From NCBI GenBank assembly GCA_030248215.1, contig JASANG010001881.1:186001-250000 (forward strand): a DNA stretch of 64,000 bases, read 5' to 3'. The translations under genes and the position numbers were made by a program. The stretch comes from Enoplolaimus lenunculus. Its lineage: Eukaryota. The notes under the pieces were generated by a model, which was not told the DNA's origin, ran no database searches, and worked only from the letters and a program-made list of their open reading frames with translations. Shown one piece after another: positions 51,683 through 64,000 of this stretch (positions within the stretch are counted from its first letter, which is position 1; the number at the start of each line of letters is the position of its first letter).

Positions 51683-52108
51683 ATGTTATTCGTACGACGA
51701 GTTATTTGTTTAATTATTGCAATGCTGTTAGCAACTTGTAGTTTCAACTCGGCTACCGCTACTGTAACAGGCAGTTCAATTCGACTCTTAACTCGCCAAT
51801 TAAATTATAGTCCTCCGTATGGTCGCTATTTTATCATCTTTGCTCCAGAACCGTTCAAGTTTCGTTCAGTCAATCTCGAACAATCGCCAAGCTTAACTGA
51901 AGACCCTGTAGACGTCAACACAGCTGTGGACCAAACAACTACGGATTCAAATCAACCAATGAGCAATGGTAACAATGGTAAAAGTACGTACGAAGCGTTA
52001 AAACGTCACAAATCGCACAGAATTGACATTAACAACTTACCATCGGCTGCATTTATCAAGTGGATAACGAAAAATGGAGTGCCACCACTTATGATCCCTG
52101 GATTATGA
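51683..52108 (+). CDS. Putative secreted prepropeptide (neuropeptide/hormone precursor-like), 141 aa, single coding exon
   Basis: AAAAAATG start; N-terminal RR + hydrophobic core + small residues (signal peptide MLFVRRVICLIIAMLLATCSFNSATA); acidic S/T/N/Q-rich spacer; single KR site followed by a 33-aa C-terminal peptide; TTTCAG acceptor at ~51554-51559 upstream; AATAAA at ~52453. Not derived from any local repeat. Confidence 0.7.
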   Translation: MLFVRRVICLIIAMLLATCSFNSATATVTGSSIRLLTRQLNYSPPYGRYFIIFAPEPFKFRSVNLEQSPSLTEDPVDVNTAVDQTTTDSNQPMSNGNNGKSTYEALKRHKSHRIDINNLPSAAFIKWITKNGVPPLMIPGL

Positions 52109-55100
52109 ATTTATTGATCTCTGGATAATTGGATAATTGTATTCTTAAATGGTTATTGCAATTATCATCAGTAATAGTGATAACTGATCCATATCGACAA
52201 GTGTGTATAACAGCTATCATCAGTTAGTAATAAGTTTTCAAACTCGCGTCCTGTTGTCGTTGCTGAACTCAAAATTAAAATTCAGGAGTAGAGAAAATCA
52301 AATGCGAAAAATACGCTAAATATTGAACGTCAGTATTCGCTGGTTCGAAAGTTACAAGACCTATCGCCAACTCGTCATAGATGCTACACACATTTAAGCA
52401 GTCGGGCCGCGGTTGTCAAACAAGCGAATTATGAATATGTAATTTACATTCTAGTTTTCAGAATTTTTGGCTAATAAATTCCGATGTTTTTAATTTAAAA
52501 TAGTATAAAAAATTTCATTAATTCAAACACAGGTTTGACAATTACAAGACCTATCTTCAACTGGCAGCTTGGCTAATGTTAATTACAGAGGCCAGCACAT
52601 GAAGCCTAACGCCCGTATTTTCAAATGTGTGTAGCGCCTATCACCAGTTGATGACAACTCTTGTAACTTTTGAACCAGCAAAATGCTGACGCTTGAAATT
52701 CAGTACATTTTTCGCCTATGATTTGCTCTACTCCTGTTCCAATTTTGAGTTCATTAACTGTAATAGTTAGTGAGTTTGAAAACTTATTACTAACTGATGA
52801 TAGTTGCTATACACAGTCCAGAATATGGTCCTTAGTCTAAACGTTAGCGTAAGACTAACATGAGTCTAAACTTAACTGTAAGCCTATGCCTATCAGTCTG
52901 TATACGTGCCACCGTATCTTTGTCTCTTAACGTCCAGGTTCCAATAGTTAACATGGCCCATGTATAGAATACGGCCGGATCGTTTTCCGGAGGAGCTGTA
53001 ATAGAGTCAGTTAAAGCTGTAGACTGAATTTTTTGCTTACGCTTACGCTTAGGCTTAGGCTTAGGAATAGGCTCATCCTTTCACGCTTAGTCTTAGGCTT
53101 AGGCTTAGGCTTAGGAATACGATGGGTCATTTGTTGTGGTTGTGTATGATTGCGAATGTGTGCAAAGATATTAAAAATATGTTTTGCATAAAAGCACAGC
53201 ATTAGAATGGACCACAACGATTCCTGGGGCCAAGAAATTTTCAAAATGGACTGAACCTCAACGTTCTTTCTGTCAACTTTACTGGGTCGGTGGCGCAAGC
53301 AGAAGAGACACAGAAACCTCGAAAATCTTTGGTCAATTTTCAAGCCAAGCCTGATCAGGCCCGTAGCCAGCTCACCTTATTGGGGGGGGTAGCTAAAAAT
53401 TTTTCAGGAGGGGCATTCAAGTGTTTTTAATGACTTGCAGGCAAGGTTGAAAATTTTTTAAGGGGGCCAAAATTTTTCCAGGGCGGGAGGCTGAACATCC
53501 CTGGCCTTCCCTTGGCTTCGGGCCCCGAGTCTGATACTGCGCGACTTTGAACATCTTGGAGCGTTAAACATTATATTCATATTGTTTTGGTATGAATAAT
53601 GTTCATTTTTCCCATCTGTTGTTTCTTATGTTTTACAACAGTAAATTTTGTGGAAATAAGTATACTTAAAATAGCTGCTAAATATATTTACGTCCTCATG
53701 CTAATGGGACCATAATGGACCGACCATATTGTTTTTTGTTTTTCTGTGTACAAAAGAATGTACCCAGCGCACGTTGCGTTTTTGGTCGACCATCTTCCCC
53801 CAATTTAGATGGGGGTTGCAATATGCACAGAACGAATGAAATACGTAATATGCCATGGGTCAAGAAGCACACCGTTTGTAGTTTTAATATTCCAGGTATA
53901 TTATATCATGGGATATCGACCCCCCCTCGGTGCCTCGCGAAAGCTGACAGTTGCATACTTTTGTCCATAATCATCTACTCTTGATAAAATGGACCTAATC
54001 ACAGTTTATGAGCGGAATAGCAAAATATTTATTTTTCAAACTTTTCTGAAAAGAAAAAACTGCATTTTTGCTGGATTTAGAATATCTACTGTAGTGATAC
54101 GAATAATAAGGAGGTAATAAGAGGGTGGTCCCATTTTGAGTCTCAATCAATAGGAGTCCGTATCTCTAATAAAAGTCCGTGAGCGGCTAGATTCCCTAAA
54201 CCCAAATTAGAGTTCATAAATGGCAGTTATTTCTATTTGTAGTGCATAAATGACTCCACGACCAAATGAAGGTGAGTTCGAAACTTTAAAGCATACTTAA
54301 TGTTTGAAAGTACACTCCTAAAGTATAACCTCGCGTTATCGCTCAAGCTTCTGAGATACAAGACAAATAAATGTTCAATTCAACGGATAGTTGCAATACC
54401 GGATACATCTGTAACGATCTTCAGCGAAGCGTGGGTTAAAACTAAATAACAGTCCGTAGCCGAGTAACTAAATGTGAGTTTAAGATATCGACCTGATATG
54501 AAATCCTTGTGATCGCTTCAGCAGACAGTAAGCGAGCATAAAAAATATTTTGTCGCAACAAATTTGTTATGCCAATAGGAAACTTTAGACCGGATACGAT
54601 TTTTTGATTTCCAGTAAAAATCTTTCATTATTTCTATTTTTGAGTCTGAATCATGTTATATTATACAGTCAAATGTGTATGAAACTGAAAAAGTATAAGA
54701 TTCCGTTCGTCGATCTTGAACAATTTAAATATTATTATTGAAATTAAATTTGTGAAACATATTTTAAATATTAATATTTATTGAATATTTCTGCTAAACA
54801 AAATTGTTCTGTTTCTCTGTTGAAGAATTTCATGACAAATAAGCTAAAACTTTCGTTATAACTCATTTGGCCCATGTTACTTTAAGTGGTGTCCAGGTTT
54901 CTGGTGGTTCTATAAAAGAGTAGGTTTTTATACTTGATTACATTTTTTGCTTAGGCTTAGGCTTAGAATTAGGCTTAGGAATTCATTTTTGCAACTTTTA
55001 GGCTTAGGCTTAGGAATACGCTTAATCTACTGTTACGCCCCTTAAAGTAACATTGGCCAATTATTTTAATGTTCGTTCAAGCCACCAATGGCACGGACAT

Positions 55101-58100
55101 ACTGCTTGTGTATAGACTTTAGGATTTTAGGCTTACGCGTTGGTTTATTGCTAGCCTAAGGGTTGTGCTGTACTCGCCGCGGGGCGCCACGCGCTGTCGC
55201 GCACCATCGCATGGCACCAAATTGATTTTACCAATATTTCGGTTAGTAATTCATAGCGGCATGCGGTGGTACGGCCTTTGACGGCGCCTGGTATCCCACG
55301 CGGGAGTCATCCGGCACAGTAAAGCATAGCGCAACCTTGTGATCACCTTAATATATATCGCTGTTGACTGAAGTTCAACTAGTGCTTGAGACCTGTTCTG
55401 TATACGTTTAAATTTCTCGGTGTTCATTTATAAAGCTCGAATTAATTCCAGTGAGTTTATCTATATTATTAAAGCTGGAACGCTCCACATACGTATTTAT
55501 TTTGGGCAACCTTTCAGAATTATTTGTTTACAATGTTTTCTTAAAACAGAAACGTGATTGTTGTGTGAAAACAAACTTTGCATGCAGATTGTTGTACATT
55601 CGCTAACTTTTGCGCATTGCACAAAGGTGGCTGGCTAGTTTTAACTATGGATAAATTGCATCACTCCGCCTGAATTTTGACACTATCAGAACTCAGAATT
55701 GTGAGTTGATTTAGCTACTTCTGTGTGTAAAATAATTAACTCAGCCGGAATTAACTCGTTAATATATTGAATCAACTCATTGGAATTTACAGTGTATCAT
55801 GTATATACCACTGCTTTTTACTGCTTTCATGGATAAAGCATCAGCTTATATGCTGTCTAAAAGCAGTAATATCGGCTTTCTTCAAAAAGCACTGATTGTT
55901 TTGACTTTCAAATTAAGCCATAGAATTTTTTCAAATAAATCGTTGCTTCTACACTTTCTGCCGAAGTTTTTGTTTAGGCTTAGGCATAGATAAGTCTTTT
56001 TCTGAGCATGGACCTAAATCTGAGGCTAAGCTTGCGGCCTAAACGGTACAAGAGCCCAAAAATTTTTCTTTACGCAAAGGCATTAACTTGAAAATAAGAT
56101 TCAGCTACTGGAACGCGAGTAGCGTCTGAACTAATTCTGAGTTTTTGAATTTATTTAAGAAGCTTGAATTAATTCAATTATCAAACTTCTTTGGTATTTC
56201 GCCGTCAACGGCGATTGTGACAGAGTTTGTTTTTCATTTTTATGCATTAAACAGAAATTATATTGTATGAAAGCGTTTTCAAGTCCAGAAATTTCGAGTT
56301 GGACCTTCTTTACGCATAAATGTTTTACGCAGGTAAAAGTTGCAGCTGCATGTTTTTTCAAAAACTTATTGGAACAAATTGCAGTTGCAATAAATTTATG
56401 ATGAATATGCGCCAAGAATTAATTAAGAGGTATGAACAGCCTTGCAAGTCGAATTAATAATTTATTATAGGCAGAACAGATAATTTATAGCGTATGCTTA
56501 ATATTCATTGCCATAGTCTGCAAATAATTCACAAAAATTGATGTAAAGATTCATAATGAAAATGATGTTTCCTTGCAAATATATACATCCAGCTGCAAGA
56601 GACTCGTGCAAATTGCAGCTGTGAGTTCTCGCAACAAAAACTTGTACGTGGGAATAGGGCTTAATGAAGTTCGACTGTTGTTACTCCTATAGGTCAATGT
56701 AGGTGTAGAACCAGTCCGTAACAGCAATATAAGCATATTCCTAAGGTTTAACCTAAGCCTAAGAATAAGAATGTGCTTATCCTTTATACGAAGCCTAAGC
56801 CAAAGCAAAAACTTAGCAAAAGCTTAAGCCTACTCTTGCAGTTCCACAGAAAAACATTGCGCTACTGATATTTACATAGGCTTCTTACGGATAGAAACCA
56901 GAGTTAACCAAAATATGTCAAAATTGCGGTGAAACAAATTTTTATACAATTTTATGCTTACAATCATTGTCCGATGTAAAGAACAGAGGCGGAACAGTAT
57001 TATTCCTAAGCCTAAGCCTAAGCATAAGAATGAGCATATTCCTAAGCCTCAGCCCAAGCCTAAACCTAAGCCTAAACCGATGCGTAAGCATGAGCATATT
57101 CCTAAGCCTAAGCTAAGCCTTAACTTAAACCAAACAAAAAATTAGTCTAAAGCTAAAGCTTATTCTATTGCAGTCCCACAGAAAAACGTTCCGCCCCTGA
57201 TTTTTACATGGGCCAAATCATTTATAAATCAAAATAACGAGGTTTTGAGTCCATCATGAATACGAGTCTGAATCGCTACACAACTTACTAATTGACGTAG
57301 TTATTTGATTTGCACACTAAACTTGTTACTCTAACACTCACACAACACTGATTTGCATCCATTTGTTGTTTCGCGACCTTACCTCAGCGAGAAAGGTGTT
57401 TAGATGGTTGTTCGTACGTTTGTTCATTTGCACACAAACGTACTTAAGTACTAAGTCGTACTTACGCAGGGTTTCTGAAACCCAGCCACTATCGATTTAT
57501 GGATTTTGTAGATTTGTCGTTTTAGCACGTTCTGTCCACTTGTTCATTATACGAGTCTTCCGACTTAGCGCAATACGCAAAAGTTCTCTATTGTAAAACA
57601 AAGTATGCAGTACAAGACCGCTACACTGCTGCCCTGTACCCTGAAAAGGTTCGATATACTCTGCCCCCCCCCGAGAAAAATTTAGTACATGGTATAAAAA
57701 TTGAACCCTACTTTGCATAAAAGTCAACCGGAAGTAGCGAATGGTCTAAAATTGTTTTGTCATCTTAAAGCAAGTTGATCTGGCTACGTACTAAAGTGTG
57801 TTATCGTCGTCGAATTTTAACCACCCACGCTGTCCGCTGTCCAGGCAATTGGGCGTGGCCTCTAGCGGTACACGATCCAATTGCTATTTCACCTGTCAAA
57901 TTGAGTATTTACAATTTTCGAACCATTTGTCATTACAAGAAGGTGAAATAAAGTTACATGAACATCATTTGATCGACTAAACGGTTGCACAAAACGACGT
58001 ACACGAAAGTATTGTCGGCGGAAAAATTACGTTTAAATGTTGTAAACATAGCAATGCTGGAACGTTTCCCAAAATACGTATGTCGAAAGTTAATAATTCG

Positions 58101-60767
58101 TTAATTATATGGGCTCCTGTAAAGATCAAGGGCGAAATGTTGTTTTGTGGGACTGCTATAGAGTAAGCTTAAGCTTTAGACGAACTTTTTTGCTTAGGCG
58201 TAGGCTTAGGCTTAGAAATATGCTCATTCTTACACGTAGGGTTAGACGTAGTCTTAGACTCTTAGGCTTAGGCTTAGAAATAAAGTCAATCTTACGCTTA
58301 GGCTTATTCTTACGTTTAGGTTTAGGCTTAGGAATATGGTAATAATACTTTTCTGCCACTATTCTTTACATTGGCTATCATATGAAATTATGGATGTGAG
58401 CAAATCACCCGATTGGCCTAAATTTCTTAAACTCGGGTTGGTCTCGTAGCCAAGAGGGGGTGGTCGATGCAGCGTGTGGCTCAGCCCACCTGGGAACATA
58501 TTGGTTCACCAGAAAAATTTTCAACCTTGAATGTAAGTCAACAAGATTCTTCGCATGCCACTCCTGAAAAATGTTTAGGCCCGCCTAGCAAGGTGAGCTG
58601 GCTACGGCTTAAACTTAGGTTGTATCAACTCCATTGTTTTTTTAAACGATGCTGTTGAAAAAAGCCTGTATTTCAGCTTAGAAAGCAGATATGCTGAGTC
58701 TTGAACTTATATTTAGCAGCCTTAAAATAATACAGGTATTCGGTTTTATACCTCGGCAAAAATTGTTTTCGCTTTCGAAAAAAATACAAAACGAGAAAAA
58801 ATTATATTTTTGTGTCAAACACAATTGGAACAAATAACATTTTCTGTTGATTGCTTTTTGACTTTGTCAAAGTTTTTCCTGATAATCCTCATTAACTTCA
58901 ACTATGCTCAAGCTTAAATCTCTATTTGGCACAATTCACATTACTGACGAGATCAGAGGGGCGAATGAATGCAGTCGTGTACTGACCATAATGTTTTGCC
59001 CAAAATTTTTGAATTTTGATATGCAAATTAATGATCAGAAACTTTACCGGCATGTTTGGTTAACTAAATTAAAATCGAAGCAGTTTGCAAACCAGACACC
59101 TAACAAACTGCTATTTTTGACCGAAATTCTTTTGGTTATTGGCGAACTTTTGTTGTATTTGCCTCATGGTCGTATGACTTCAAAATCATTTTAGCTAATT
59201 TTTATAAATACCTATTCACACGTGCAAGTTTGTGCTGCGAGAACTTGCCGCTGCAAATTACGCGCAGAACTTGCATTTTTTAATCAGCCAATTAGAAAGC
59301 GTCTGCAATAAATTCAGTGAAGTTGCATGGTTATTCACACATGTGAACTAAATTCTAAGCTGTGATTTTTAATGAATTATTTGCAACTGCAAGTTTTTCG
59401 AACGGGATTTCCGACAAAACTTGCAAGTACAACTTGAAGATTAGGACTTAATACTGTCATTAGAATTATTTTTGTCTGTTAACGTTTGCTACACTATTCT
59501 GTAGCGATATTTTATCCACTTGTATAGAACTGCTATGGGTCAACTAAACCACCTGTTTTCAGAAACGAAAGATATTTTTTGCAAATTTTATATTCAAAAT
59601 TTATTTACGAGCACATGACGAAACATTGCTGCTGTGGTACATTTTGCCCTTAATCCTACCGTTGATATATATATTGAAAATTTCAATCAAGTTGTCAGTT
59701 TTTAGGCTCATGAATATAGTTTGTCAGTTGTGCAATTGGCAATAACCATAACAGATGTATTGATTTATAATGATGTAAGGCTTGAAATGCTATGAAACTT
59801 TGTAATGTTTTGACAACAATGAATACTTTGAATTAATATTTCAGGAAAAGATATGTTTTTAGTCAACTTGAATGTTTGCGTAAATTTTCAATTTGTTATT
59901 TTACCAAGAGTTTAGTTCTGTTTAAGCTTCTTAAAGTTTGTTTCAAAAATTATTAATTACGAAATGTTCTGATAACAAACAGCTGATGTTTTGTTTATGT
60001 TTTTTTTTTCGAAATCGGTTCTGTCGTTCTTTGTCGCTGAAAATTTGATATTTTAAGAACAATTCCGATGGATTTGTTATTTTAACTTCAATTTAACTTT
60101 CATGTACGCTTATTATCTCAGAAACAACCAGAAATAACTATTTTATCTCTTCGAGTTAATAATTAACTCATTGGAATTTAAAGTGTAGGTACCTGCCTAC
60201 GCGTAAACAAAAGATTAATCGTAAGCCTCGACCTAAGCTTCAACCTATAACCTTCTCAGTGTCGAAGTCCTTAACTTCTTGGTTTTCCAGTTGACAGTCT
60301 CCTACAGTTCATCGTGGGAAGATTAATTTATTTTAGCAAAATTTTCGACAAATCAGCAAAAAAAGTCTTGCTGCGTCCAGGTTTTATTGACTGGGTTGTC
60401 AAAACCCTAACTTAAGTACGACTTAGTACTTAAGTACGGGCTAAGTAATTGCTTAACTATTTTGCTGTTTTTAAAAGCGTGCTTAAGTTAAGTAAATGCT
60501 TACGTCGCTGACTAAATTTGATATATTACACATTAACCGCTCAGGCATAATCACCTTGGTTTAATTGAAACTGTACACTCGTAGCGCCTCCATTACTTCA
60601 GTCGGCGACTCTTAAGTATTAACTTAAGTATAACGTAAATAAAATTTAAGTAAGATTTCAGAAACCCAGCCATTGTATTTTATATGTTTAGCTTAAAACA
60701 ATAATCGTAACATTAAAATACACAATTTTTATTACTATTGCTGTTATGTTTGTACATTATCATTTAG

Positions 60768-60949
60768 CGAGTGCTGAACAAGAATATACTGAAAAACAAT
60801 TGCAAAGCATGCGATATTTGGTGATTTTTTACAACAATTACGCGTCATCGTTCAATTCAAATCCGGCCGCAGAACGAGCGGCGCGAACGTTATTTCGTCT
60901 CGCAAACAAATCCAAAACACAACACAAAAAACCCGACAAAAATAAATAA
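60768..60949 (+). CDS. Possible terminal exon of an unidentified small gene
   Basis: catttag acceptor followed by an open, coding-like frame SAEQEYTEKQLQSMRYLVIFYNNYASSFNSNPAAERAARTLFRLANKSKTQHKKPDKNK* in non-repeat DNA; no upstream exon or family identified. Confidence 0.3.
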
Positions 60950-63900
60950 AAACTAAAAATATTTTTATTGTGATTTTATTGTTTATCTGTGTATAGTTTG
61001 GTACATTGTTGAAATAATTTGTGGTTTGTACCTACTGTAGTAACCCGAATATTAATAGGAGAACACTCGTTCCTATTTGGGATCGGAACCAATCGGAATA
61101 TATGCCGCTAATTGGAATCCACCAATTAGATTCAGTTCGAAATTACTAATTGATCTATAAATGTCAATTGCAATAAAGATTGCGTAATCTTAAACCAAAT
61201 TAAGTTCAGTACACAATTTGATTGATCACAGATTTGTGGTTCAACCATAGCTATAGCTGGATTGAAAATAAATAACCGACCGGGATTAAATAGCGGGAGT
61301 GACCGGTTTGGAGAAGCGAAATAAATATCAGTCATTCCCGTCTTATTCGAGTCAGTACAGTATTCTTTGCTGTGACTAGCACAACTAGCCGGTTAACAAT
61401 AGATTTTCAAACAAACGAACTGCAAGCAATGGAAGTCTGAAATTCTACAGAGCTACGCAGTATATGATAGATACAATGCATATCTTAAATTTCGAAGGTA
61501 ATTATTCACTTTCATTCATGTATATTATTAATGGTGAAACACCCCACATACGTATTTTGGGTAGCGTTCCAGCTGTTACTTTTAATGAATTGTTTTATAT
61601 ATTAATAAGAGAGAGCACATATATATGGAAGTTAGAACACATTCTTAAAAAGTTTAATGCGAAATATTTTAGGGTTGTAAATTTGCAACGACGTTGACTA
61701 GTTTGGATTAAATAAACGTATTTTAGAATACAATATATTAGTCTATTTTTACAACTGAAATTTTCAATTGTGGTCTGGCAAGATAATATTTGTAAGCATT
61801 AGTATGTTTCGAAATTTTTAAGTAAGTTCAAAAACATAATTGTCATAAAAACGCCTAACTAAACTGTTAAAGTTTTGTATTTAGAAATTTTACACAATAA
61901 ATTGAAGATAATTAGAATTTATTACTTAACTTTTAAACAATGAAATTAATGAATTTGAGGATGCGCCAAGGTCACATCCGGAATATAGGGTGGAGTTTAC
62001 AAGATAGGATCAACGGAACATAACCGATACTTTGACGTATGTACAACTCGAGTGATTATATTTTGCATACTTTTTTCCTTAATACAATAGGGTTTTCACG
62101 GGCACCCTATTGTAGTGACCCGAATAAGAGGGGGGCTGATATTTATTTGGCCTCTCCAAAGCGTACCCCCCCTGTTATTTTGTTACGGACTATTATTTAT
62201 TTTTAACCCACGCTTCGCAGCCATTCGTTACTGATATATCCGATACTGCAAATATCCGTTGAATTAAAGGTTTGTTTGTCTTGTGTCAATCGCTTGAGCG
62301 ATAATACAGGGTTATACTTATGAATGTACTTTCAAAATTTAAGTACGCTTTAAAGTTTCGAACTAAAATTATTTGGTCCTGGAGTCATTTATGCACTGCA
62401 AATAGAAATAACTGCCATTTATGAACTCTAATTTGGGTTTAGGGAATCTATCCGCTCACGGACTTTTATTAGAGATACGGACTCCTATTGATTCGGACCC
62501 AAAATGGGGATTCTCCCCCTCTTATTGCCCCCTCTTATTCGGGTCAATCCAGTATGAACGATCTGAATACATATCTTAGTATAATTGTTGCACATGCAAT
62601 ACGTCCAAACTTGATATAGTGAATTGCACAATAAAGTATGTATGCTTGCCAGCAGCATAAGTTTCGACATTATATAGTCGACGTTTAATGTTGTTAGGGT
62701 TACGGTATACTTTTGTGTGCCGCAGAATGCCGGGCGGCGCCGGCCAACGTCAGGCGAGTATACATAGCGCCACCCTTGAAAAATCGGGCTGCATGAAACC
62801 TAGAATGACGTACCTAGGGTTGCCCGACTATTACATTTGCTTAGGCGTAGGCTTAGTTACAGACCTCTTTTTATGCTGAAGTTCAGGCTTAGCCTTATGA
62901 ATATGCTAAGATATATACTGTAAGCCCAACAACTCTGGTCATGTTTATCAGGTTTTCCAGCGTTACTGTAACCAAATATAGATTGTGAATGTACACAAGC
63001 GCATGTGAACATATACATTACCTATATGACAGGTAAAAATATATAAAAGTAAGTCAATCAGCTCCATGGTAGTTGGTATAAATACAAATGATGGTTTCAA
63101 TTTTCTGAAGTTTTGAAAAAATATCCGGTAAGTTAAAATACCGGAGCCGATGCTGGATGTCGATGTTTTTGCCGGAACCGGATATCCGGTTGCACCCTAC
63201 TAGGATATGAGATTGGTTGACCTTTCAGTTGGCGCTCAGTCTCAGGCCAATTAACTCGCTCTCTGTAATGATATTCTATATTTTTCCAGATCGAGCGAGT
63301 GAGCTGCATCGAGCTAACACGAGAGTACCAGCTTAAGTTGAATCAATTTTCACAAGCGAAGCCAGCCAGAAGCCATGCCCACAATTTTATTATATGCTAA
63401 CTCCAATAAAAAATTCAGTTCGGAGTGAAATCTAGGTTGATTTGAGATGGAAAGCAAGAAGCAAGACGCAATTTTAGTATTAAATCCGAAAACAAAGTTT
63501 TAGTTTCGTTAATACCCTACAGTGCGAATGTCACACTCCACGTAGTGAGTAAATTTCGCGACTGAAACAAGCCAGAAGCCGGGCGCATTTTCGTAGTTTT
63601 AAACTTTAAAGTTCATTTGTGAGCCCAGTGTGATTTTTAAAAATGATTTTCGTTAAAAACGCTGGGTCTTTTGTAGGCCGCCCTACCGTTTGTTCGAAGG
63701 GGGGTGAGTGCTAAACAAGGCCCTGTGGTGCAGCGTTAGCGCGGTGGCTTATAACGATATGTTGACCTCATTTCCAGCTGCTTAGTAAAAAGTGCTGATA
63801 GTCTTGATACACACAAAATAAATTGTCTTGTAGGTTAAGAAATATTGTGAGAAATTTAAGACAATTATGTCTTGATACAGACACCAGACATATATATGTC

Positions 63901-64000
63901 TTGAATTCAAGACCTTTATTTCTTAAATTTTGCAGAAATATTGGTCTAACAGTTTTCACACTTAAATGTCTTAAATTTAAGGCCTTGTTTTATGAACAAT

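Noticed and set aside
683..58359. Many short ORFs rich in PKPKPK, LSLSLS or LGLGLG (e.g. 683-1009, 38068-38379, 53011-53343, 56954-57145, 58109-58359)
   Set aside because: They are translations of the stop-free frames of (TTAGGC)n inside MITEs.
63719..63756. 5' half resembling tRNA-Ile(UAU) (GGCCCTGTGGTGCAGCGTTAGCGCGGTGGCTTATAA)
   Set aside because: No B box or 3' half downstream; too short to call.
1..64000. Autonomous transposase, Rep/helicase or reverse transcriptase
   Set aside because: No such motifs recognised in the ORF track or by manual reading; all elements seen are short and non-coding, so superfamily labels rest only on TIR/TSD signatures.

Overview
Eukaryotic, AT-rich, intron-rich DNA, most likely from a nematode (inferred from TTAGGC telomere-type repeats, TTTCAG/TTTTAG acceptors and the gene families present). 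By hand splicing I can support: (1) the last two exons of a Cys-loop anion-channel subunit (ACC/GABA-like, +, 15-1251); (2) a divergent 12-exon alpha-tubulin (+, ~4366/4473-16008); (3) a 10-exon minus-strand gene (27121-17953) encoding two fused SSAT/SAT2-like GNAT acetyltransferase domains that appear to have lost complementary sets of active-site residues; (4) AIP/aipr-1 (-, 31183-29849); (5) a C19orf53/UPF0390-like basic protein (-, 32030-31725); (6) a single-exon secreted prepropeptide-like ORF (+, 51683-52108). Introns and the gene-poor 33-64 kb half are packed with short non-autonomous transposons of at least 9 families, several nested. These include about 25 8-bp-TSD MITEs carrying internal telomeric TTAGGC arrays, a TTAA piggyBac-type MITE carrying a tRNA-Gly-like Pol III cassette, hAT-, Harbinger-, TA-target- and P-like MITEs, mini-Helitrons and a tRNA-derived SINE-like element. 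No transposase or reverse transcriptase ORF was recognised. All family assignments come from remembered motifs; no searches were run.
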